64,000 bases of DNA, taken from NCBI RefSeq assembly GCF_009914755.1, contig NC_060939.1, one strand, 5' to 3'. Of this stretch, positions 55,101 through 64,000 are shown in pieces. The notes beneath the pieces are model-generated. The model worked only from the letters and a program-made list of their open reading frames with translations. It made no database searches and was not told where the DNA came from. Position 1 is the stretch's first letter. The number at the start of each line of letters is the position of its first letter. This DNA is from the human T2T-CHM13v2.0 reference genome, Homo sapiens. Made by a program: the position numbers and the translations under genes.

Positions 55101-55730
55101 GCACTTTCATATCTCTTTTTTTGTGGAATCTGCAAGTGGATATTTGGAGCTCTTTGCACCCTGTGGTGGAAAGGGAAATATCTTCATATAAAAACTACAA
55201 AGAAGCATTCAGAGAAACTTCTTTGTGATGAATGCATTCCTCACACAGAGTTGAGCCTTTCTTTTTATTGAGCAGTATTGAAACGCTCCTTTTGCAGAAT
55301 CACCAAGTGGATATTTGGAGAGCTTTGGGGCCTGATTTGGAAAATGAAATATCTTCAAAGTAAAACTACACAGAACCATTCTGAGAAACTTCTTCATGAT
55401 GTGAGCATTCAACTCTCAGAGTTGAAGCTACCTTATGATTGAGCAATTTGGAAACACTCTTTTTGTAGAGCCTGCAAGTGGATATTTAGAACGATTTGAG
55501 GCCTATTGTGGAAAAGCAAATATCTTCACATAAAAACTACACAGAAGCATTCTCAGAAACTTCTTTGGGATGTGTGCATTCAACTAACAGTGTTGAACCT
55601 ATCTTTTGATTGAGCAGCTTAGAATCTCTCCTTTTGTAGAAAATGCAAGTAGAGATTTGGAGCCCCATTTCGCCCTATGGTAGAAAACAGAACATCTTCA
55701 CATAAAAACTACACAGAAGCATTCTGAGAA
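25166..55730 (+). repeat. HOR block A2: ~6.9 near-identical copies of the full 26-mer (4439 bp)
   Basis: Landmark at 26232, 30671, 35110, 39549, 43988, 48427, 52867 (4439 each, last 4440). ORF translations are almost identical between copies. Confidence 0.95.
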
Positions 55731-58700
55731 ACTTCTTTGTGATGTTTGCATTGAACTCCCAGAGTCGAACCTATCTTTTGATAGAGCACTTTTGTATCTC
55801 TCTTTTTGCGGAATCTGCAAGTGGATATTTGGAAAGCTTGAGGCCTATTGTGAAAAAGGAAATATCTTCACATAAAAACTACAGAGAAGCATTCTGAGAA
55901 ACTTCTTTGTGAGGCATGGATTCAACCCACAGAGTTGGACTTATCATTGAGCAGTTTTGAATCTCTCTTTTTGTCGAATCTGCAAGTGGATATTTGGAGC
56001 CCTTTGTAACCTAGGGTGGAAAAGGAAATACCTTCAAATAAAAACTATATAGAAGCATTCCGTAAAACTTCTTTGTGACGTGTGCATTCGTCTCACAGAG
56101 TTGAACCTATCTAATGATTGAGCGGTTTTGAAACACTCATTTTGTAGAACCTGCAAGTGGATATTGGGAGTACTTTGTGGCCTTCTTTGGAAAAGGGAAT
56201 ATCTTCACATAAAAACTACAAAGAAGCATTCTGAGAAACTTCTTTGTGATGTGTGCATTCATCTCACAGTGTTGGACGTTTCTTTTGATAGGGCAGTTTT
56301 GAAACACTCTTTTTCTAGAATCTGCAAGTGGATATTTGGAGCGCTTTGAGGCCTAATGTGGAAAATCAAATATCTTCACATAAAAACTACACAGAGGCAT
56401 TCTGAGAAACTTCTTTTTTGTGTGTGCATTCAACTCACATAGTTGAAGTAATCTTTGGATTTAGCTGTTTTGAATCTCCTTTTTGCAGAATCTGCAAGTT
56501 GATACTTGGAGCCCTGTTTCACCCTATAGTGGAAAAGCAAATATCTTCACATAAACAAACCCTACAGAGAAGCATTCAGAGAAAGTCCTTTGTGATGTGT
56601 GCATTGAACATGCACAGTTGACACTATCTTTTGATTGTACAGTTTTGAATACGTCTTTTTGTAGAATCTGCAAGTGGAAGTTTGGAGCTGTTTGCACCCT
56701 GTGGTGTAAAAGGAAATATCTTCATATAAAAGCTACACAGAAGCATTCAGAAAGACTTCTTTGTGATGAATGCGTTCCTCACACAGAGTTGAATCTTCCT
56801 TTTTATTGAGTAGTATTGAAACCCTCTTTTTGCAGAATAACCAGGTGGATATTTGGAGAGCTTTGAGGCCTGTTTTGGAAAAGCAAATATCTTCAAATTA
56901 AAACCACACAGAAGCATTCTGAGAAGCTTCTTTGTGATGTGTGCATTCAACTCTCAGAGTTCAACGTGTCTTATGATGGAGCAGTTTGGAAACACTCTTT
57001 TTTGTAGAAACTGCAAGTGGATATGTAGAGCGATTTGAGGCCTACTGTGGAAAAGCAAATATCTTCACATAACAACTACACAGAAGCACTCCTAGAAACT
57101 TCTTTGTGATGTGTGAATTCAACTCACAGAGCTGAACCTATCTTTTGATGGAGTAGCTTAGAATCTCTCTTTTTTTAGAATCTGCACGTGGATATTTGGA
57201 GCGCTTTGAGACCTAAAGTGGAAAAGCAAATATCTTCACATAAAATCTACATAGAGGCACTCTAAGAAACTTCTTTTTGATGTGTGCATTCACCTCACAG
57301 AGCTGAACCGATCCTTCGAGTGACCAGTTTTGAATCTCTCTTTTTATACAATCTGCAAGTGGATATTTGGAGCCCTTTGCGGCCTATGGTGGAAAAGGAA
57401 ATATCTTCAAATAAAAACTACACAGAAGCATTCTGAGTCCCTATTTTGGAAAAGAAAATATCTTCACTTAAACAACTACGCAGAAATACTGTGAGAAACT
57501 TCTTTGTTATGTGAGCATTCAACTCACAGAGTTGAACCTATCTTTTGATTGAGCAGTTTTGAATCTCTCATTTTGCAGAATCTGCAAGGGGATATTTGGA
57601 GCCCTTTGCGGCCTATGGTGGAAAAGGAAATACCTTCAAATGAAAAGCACACAGAGGCATTCTGAGAAACTTCCTCGTGATTGTGCATTCAACTCACAGA
57701 GTTAAACCTATCTTATGATTGACCAGTTTTGGAACACTCTTTTCATAGGATCTGCAAGTGGATATTTGGCGTGCTTTGAGGCCTATCGTGGAAAAGCAAA
57801 TAACTTCAGATAAAAACTATACAGAAGCATTCTGAGAAACTTCTTTGTGATGTGTGCATTGATCTCACAGAGTTGAAAGTGTATTTTGATTGAGCAGTTT
57901 TGAAACACTCTTTTTGTAGAATCTGCAAGTGGATAATTGGGGAGATTTGAGGTATATTGTGGAAAAGCAAGTATCTTCATATAAAAACTATACAGAAGCT
58001 TTCTGAGAAACATCTTTGTGAGGTTTGCATTCAACTCACAGAGCTGGAACTATCTTTTGAGTGACCAGTTTTGAATCTCTCTTTTTGTACAATCTGCAAG
58101 TGGATATTTGGAGCGTTTTGAGGCCTACATTTGAAAATCAAATATCTTCCCTTAAAAGCTACACAGAAACATTCTCAGAAATTGTTTGTCATGTGTGCTT
58201 TCAAATTACCAAGTTGAACCTACCTTGTGATTGAGCAGTTTTGAATCTCTCTTTTTGTGGAATCTGCAAGTGGATATTTTTAGCCATTTGCAGACTGTGG
58301 TGGAAAAGGAATTATCTTCAAATCCATTCTACACAGAAGCATTCAGACAAACTTTTTGTGATGAGTGCATTGGTCACACAGAATTGAACCTCTCCTTTGA
58401 TTGAGCAATTCTGAAACACTCTTTCAGAGGGTCTGCAAGTGGATATTTTAGAGCTTTGGGACAATTGTGGAAAAGTAAATATCTTCACATAGAAACTACA
58501 CGGAAGCATTCTGAGAAACTTCTTTGGAGGTGTGCATTCAACTCACAGAGTTGAACCTATCTTTTCATTGAGCAGTTTTGAATCTCTCTTTTTGTAGACT
58601 CTGCTTGCAGATATTTGGAGAGCTTTGAGGCCTATTGTGGAAAAGGAATCATCTTCACATAAAAACACACAGAAGCACTCTGAGAAACTTCTTTGTGAAG

Positions 58701-61700
58701 TGTGCATTCAACTCACAGAGTTGAACCTATCTTTTGATTGAGAAGCTTTGAATCTCTCTTTTTGTAGAAGCTGCATGTGGATATTTGGAGACGTTTGTGG
58801 CCTATGGTAGAAAAGGCAATATCTTCAAATAAACACTAGACAGAAGCATTTTGAGAAATTTCTCTGTGCTGTGTGCATTCATATCACATGGTTGAAACTA
58901 CCTTTTGGTTGAGCAGTTTTGAATCTCTCTTTTTGTAACATCTGCAATGGATATTTGGAGCCCTTTGTGGTCTGTGGTGGAAAAGGAACTATCCTCAAAT
59001 AAAAACTACACAGAAGTATTCCGAGAAACTTCCTTGTGATGTGTGCATTCATCTCACAGGGTTGAACCTTTGGTTTGATTGAGCAGTTTTGAGACAATCT
59101 TTCCATAGAATCTGGAAGTGAATATTTGGAGAACCTTGAGATCTATTTTGGAGAAGGAGATATCTTTATATGAAAACTGCACAGAAGCATTCTGAGAAAC
59201 ATCTTTGTGAGGTGTGCAATGAAGTCACAGAGTTGAAACTATGTTTTGATTCAGCAGTTTTGAGTCTCTCTTTTTGCAGAATCTGCGAGTGGATATCTGG
59301 AGAACTTGGAGGCCTATTTGGAAAAGGAAATATCTTCACATATAAACTATGCAGAAGCATTTTGAGATTCTTCTTTGTGAGGTGTGCATTCAACTCACAG
59401 AGTTGAACTTATCTTTTCCTTGAGCACTTTCATATCTCATTTTCTGTAGAATCTGCAAGTGGATATTTGGAGCTCTTTGCACCCTGTGGTGGAAAGGGAA
59501 CTATCTTCATATAAAAACTACAAAGAAGCATTCAGAGAAACTTCTTGTGATGAATGCAATCCTCACACAGAGCTGAACCTTTCTTTTTATGGAGCAGTAT
59601 TGAAACGCTCTTTTTGCAGAATCACCAAGTGGATATTTGGAGAGCTTTGGGGCCTGTTTTGGAAAATGAAATATCTTCAAAGTAAAACTACACAGAACCA
59701 TTCTGAGAAACTTCTTTATGATGTGTGCATTCAACTCTCAGAGTTGAACCTACCTTATGATTGAGCAATTTGGAAACACTCTTTTCGTAGAGCCTGCAAG
59801 TGGATATTTAGAACGATTTGAGGCCTATTGTGGAAAAGCAAATATCTTCACATAAAAACTACACAGAAGCATTCTGAGAAACTTCTTTGGCATGTGTGCA
59901 TTCAACTAACAGTGTTGAACGTATCTTTTGATTGAGCAGCTTAGAATCTCTCTTTTTGTAGAAAATGCAAGTAGATATTTGGAGCCCCATTTTGCCCTAT
60001 GGTAGAAAACAAAACATCTTCACATAAAATCTACACAGAAGCATTCTGAGAAACTTCTTTGTGATGTTTGCATTGAACTCCCAGAGTCGAACCTATCTTT
60101 TGATAGAGCACTTTTGTATCTCTCTTTTTGCGGAATCTGCAAGTGGATATTTGGAAAGCTTGAGGCCTATTGTGAAAAAGGAAATATCTTCACATAAAAA
60201 CTACAGAGAAGCATTCTGAGAAACTTCTTTGTGAGGCATGGATTCAACCCACAGAGTTGGACTTATCATTGAGCAGTTTTGAATCTCTCTTTTTGTCGAA
60301 TCTGCAAGTGGATATTTGGAGCCCTTTGCAACCTAGGGTGGAAAAGGAAATACCTTCAAATAAAAACTATATAGAAGCATTCCGTAAAACTTCTTTGTGA
60401 TGTGTGCATTCGTCTCACAGAGTTGAACCTATCTAATGATTGAGCGGTTTTGAAACACTCATTTTGTAGAACCTGCAAGTGGATATTGGGAGTACTTTGT
60501 GGCCTTCTTTGGAAAAGGGAATATCTTCACATAAAAACTACAAAGAAGCATTCTGAGAAACTTCTTTGTGATGTGTGCATTCATCGCACAGTGTTGGACG
60601 TTTCTTTTGATAGGGCAGTTTTGAAACACTCTTTTTCTAGAATCTGCAAGTGGATATTTGGAGCGCTTTGAGGCCTAATGTGGAAAATCAAATATCTTCA
60701 CATAAAAACTACACAGAGGCATTCTGAGAAACTTCTTTTTTTGTGTGTGCATTCAACTCACATAGTTGAAGTAATCTTTGGATTTAGCTGTTTTGAATCT
60801 CCTTTTTGCAGAATCTGCAAGTTGATACTTGGAGCCCTGTTTCACCCTATAGTGGAAAAGCAAATATCTTCACATAAACAAACCCTACAGAGAAGCATTC
60901 AGAGAAAGTCCTTTGTGATGTGTGCATTGAACATGCAGAGTTGACACTATCTTTTGATTGTACACATTTGAATACGTCTTTTTGTAGAATCTGCAAGTGG
61001 AAGTTTGGAGCTGTTTGCACCCTGTGGTGTAAAAGGAAATATCTTCATATAAAAGCTACACAGAAGCATTCAGAAAGACTTCTTTGTGATGAATGCGTTC
61101 CTCACACAGAGTTGAATCTTCCTTTTTATTGAGTAGTATTGAAACCCTCTTTTTGCAGAATAACCAGGTGGATATTTGGAGAGCTTTGAGGCCTGTTTTG
61201 GAAAAGCAAATATCTTCAAATTAAAACCACACAGAAGCATTCTGAGAAGCTTCTTTGTGATGTGTGCATTCAACTCTCAGAGTTCAACTTGTCTTATGAT
61301 GGAGCAGTTTGGAAACACTCTTTTTTGTAGAAACTGCAAGTTGGTATGTAGAGCGATTTGAGGCCTACTGTGGAAAAGCAAATATCTTCACATAACAACT
61401 ACACAGAAGCACTCCTAGAAACTTCTTTGTGATGTGTGAATTCAACTCACAGAGCTGAACCTATCTTTTGATGGAGTAGCTTAGAATCTCTCTTTTTTTA
61501 GAATCTGCACGTGGATATTTGGAGCGCTTTGAGACCTAAAGTGGAAAAGCAAATATCTTCACATAAAATCTACATAGAGGCACTCTAAGAAACTTCTTTT
61601 TGATGTGTGCATTCACCTCACAGAGCTGAACCGATCCTTCGAGTGACCAGTTTTGAATCTCTCTTTTTATACAATCTGCAAGTGGATATTTGGAGCCCTT

Positions 61701-64000
61701 TGCGGCCTATGGTGGAAAAGGAAATATCTTCAAATAAAAACTACACAGAAGCATTCTGAGTCCCTATTTTGGAAAAGAAAATATCTTCACTTAAACAACT
61801 ACGCAGAAATACTGTGAGAAACTTCTTTGTTATGTGAGCATTCAACTCACAGAGTTGAACCTATCTTTTGATTGAGCAGTTTTGAATCTCTCATTTTGCA
61901 GAATCTGCAAGGGGATATTTGGAGCCCTTTGCGGCCTATGGTGGAAAAGGAAATACCTTCAAATGAAAAGCACACAGAGGCATTCTGAGAAACTTCCTCG
62001 TGATTGTGCATTCAACTCACAGAGTTAAACCTATCTTATGATTGACCAGTTTTGGAACACTCTTTTCATAGGATCTGCAAGTGGATATTTGGCGTGCTTT
62101 GAGGCCTATCGTGGAAAAGCAAATAACTTCAGATAAAAACTATACAGAAGCATTCTGAGAAACTTCTTTGTGATGTGTGCATTGATCTCACAGAGTTGAA
62201 AGTGTATTTTGATTGAGCAGTTTTGAAACACTCTTTTTGTAGAATCTGCAAGTGGATAATTGGGGAGATTTGAGGTATATTGTGGAAAAGCAAGTATCTT
62301 CATATAAAAACTATACAGAAGCTTTCTGAGAAACATCTTTGTGAGGTTTGCATTCAACTCACAGAGCTGGAACTATCTTTTGAGTGACCAGTTTTGAATC
62401 TCTCTTTTTGTACAATCTGCAAGTGGATATTTGGAGCGTTTTGAGGCCTACATTTGAAAATCAAATATCTTCCCTTAAAAGCTACACAGAAACATTCTCA
62501 GAAATTGTTTGTCATGTGTGCTTTCAAATTACCAAGTTGAACCTACCTTGTGATTGAGCAGTTTTGAATCTCTCTTTTTGTGGAATCTGCAAGTGGATAT
62601 TTTTAGCCATTTGCGGACTGTGGTGGAAAAGGAATTATCTTCAAATCCATTCTACACAGAAGCATTCAGACAAACTTTTTGTGATGAGTGCATTGGTCAC
62701 ACAGAATTGAACCTCTCCTTTGATTGAGCAATTCTGAAGCACTCTTTCAGAGGGTCTGCAAGTGGATATTTTAGAGCTTTGGGACAATTGTGGAAAAGTA
62801 AATATCTTCACATAGAAACTACACGGAAGCATTCTGAGAAACTTCTTTGGAGGTGTGCATTCAACTCACAGAGTTGAACCTATCTTTTCATTGAGCAGTT
62901 TTGAATCTCTCTTTTTGTAGACTCTGCTTGCAGATATTTGGAGAGCTTTGAGGCCTATTGTGGAAAAGGAATCATCTTCACATAAAAACACACAGAAGCA
63001 CTCTGAGAAACTTCTTTGTGAAGTGTGCATTCAACTCACAGAGTTGAACCTATCTTTTGATTGAGAAGCTTTGAATCTCTCTTTTTGTAGAAGCTGCATG
63101 TGGATATTTGGAGACGTTTGTGGCCTATGGTAGAAAAGGCAATATCTTCAAATAAAAACTAGACAGAAGCATTTTGAGAAATTTCTCTGTGCTGTGTGCA
63201 TTCATATCACATGGTTGAAACTACCTTTTGATTGAGCAGTTTTGAATCTCTCTTTTTGTAACATCTGCAATAGATATTTGGAGCCCTTTGTGGTCTGTGG
63301 TGGAAAAGGAACTATCCTCAAATAAAAACTACACAGAAGTATTCCGAGAAACTTCCTTGTGATGTGTGCATTCATCTCACAGGGTTGAACCTTTGGTTTG
63401 ATTGAGCAGTTTTGAGACAATCTTTCCATAGAATCTGGAAGTGAATATTTGGAGAACCTTGAGATCTATTTTGGAGAAGGAGATATCTTTATATGAAAAC
63501 TGCACAGAAGCATTCTGAGAAACATCTTTGTGAGGTGTGCAATGAAGTCACAGAGTTGAAACTATGTTTTGATTCAGCAGTTTTGAGTCTCTCTTTTTGC
63601 AGAATCTGCGAGTGGATATCTGGAGAACTTGGAGGCCTATTTGGAAAAGGAAATATCTTCACATATAAACTATGCAGAAGCATTTTGAGATTCTTCTTTG
63701 TGAGGTGTGCATTCAACTCACAGAGTTGAACTTATCTTTTCCTTGAGCACTTTCATATCTCATTTTCTGTAGAATCTGCAAGTGGATATTTGGAGCTCTT
63801 TGCACCCTGTGGTGGAAAGGGAACTATCTTCATATAAAAACTACAAAGAAGCATTCAGAGAAACTTCTTGTGATGAAGGCATTCCTCACACAGAGCTGAA
63901 CCTTTCTTTTTATTGAGCAGTATTGAAACGCTCTTTTTGCAGAATCACCAAGTGGATATTTGGAGAGCTTTGGGGCCTGTTTTGGAAAATGAAATATCTT
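55731..64000 (+). repeat. HOR block B2: ~1.9 copies of the shortened variant (4323 bp), running off the window end
   Basis: Deletion junctions at 57438 and 61761 (spacing 4323). ORF repeats at 57783/62106 and 58879/63202. B-type alleles throughout. Confidence 0.93.

Larger units (their letters stand above)
1..64000 (+). repeat. Alpha-satellite (alphoid, ALR/Alpha) tandem array of ~171-bp monomers in a single orientation
   Basis: Alphoid consensus motifs recur about every 171 bp throughout: AGAAGCATTCTGAGAAACTTCTTTGTGATGTGTGCATTCAACTCACAGAGTTGAAC, TTTGATTGAGCAGTTTTGAA, GAATCTGCAAGTGGATATTTGGAG, GGAAAAGGAAATATCTTCACATAAAAACTAC. No inversion or non-satellite insert seen. Confidence 0.99.

Noticed and set aside
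1282-63729. All 61-130 aa ORFs in the supplied track
   Set aside because: They are translations of alpha satellite. They recur at the HOR period on both strands, often start at TTG or GTG, are broken freely by indels between copies, and show no recognisable domains.
1-64000. CRISPR-like repeat-spacer array
   Set aside because: The sequences between conserved motifs are homologous parts of the 171-bp monomer, not unique spacers. No cas genes are present.
1-64000. L1 or Alu insertion, or an inversion
   Set aside because: No poly-A tail, target-site duplication, non-alphoid tract or strand switch was seen, and the period arithmetic leaves no room for an insert.
1-64000. Assignment to chrY DYZ3, which also lacks CENP-B boxes
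   Set aside because: The DYZ3 unit is ~5.8 kb (34-mer), which does not match 4439/4323 bp. A firm chromosome call needs a database search.

Overview
The whole 64 kb window is primate, most likely human, alpha-satellite DNA: uninterrupted head-to-tail ~171-bp monomers in one orientation, organised as about 14.5 copies of a long higher-order repeat (HOR). Two HOR haplotypes alternate in blocks. Type A is a full 26-mer of 4439 bp. Type B is 4323 bp; one monomer has lost ~115 bp and many linked substitutions distinguish it. Block order: B remnant (1-~150), A1 (~150-14.5 kb), B1 (~14.6-25.2 kb), a very homogeneous A2 block (~25.2-55.7 kb), B2 (~55.8-64 kb). I saw no canonical CENP-B box, which fits an older, probably non-kinetochore, SF4-like array. 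There are no credible genes, RNA genes, transposons or CRISPR arrays; all listed ORFs recur with the satellite period and are artefacts. I found no new gene system. The interest is structural: in-register haplotype switches, conversion-like patches, a microhomology-flanked deletion, a hairpin-forming replacement, and older 5/7/9-monomer duplications inside the 26-mer. All comparisons were made by eye, not by computed alignment.
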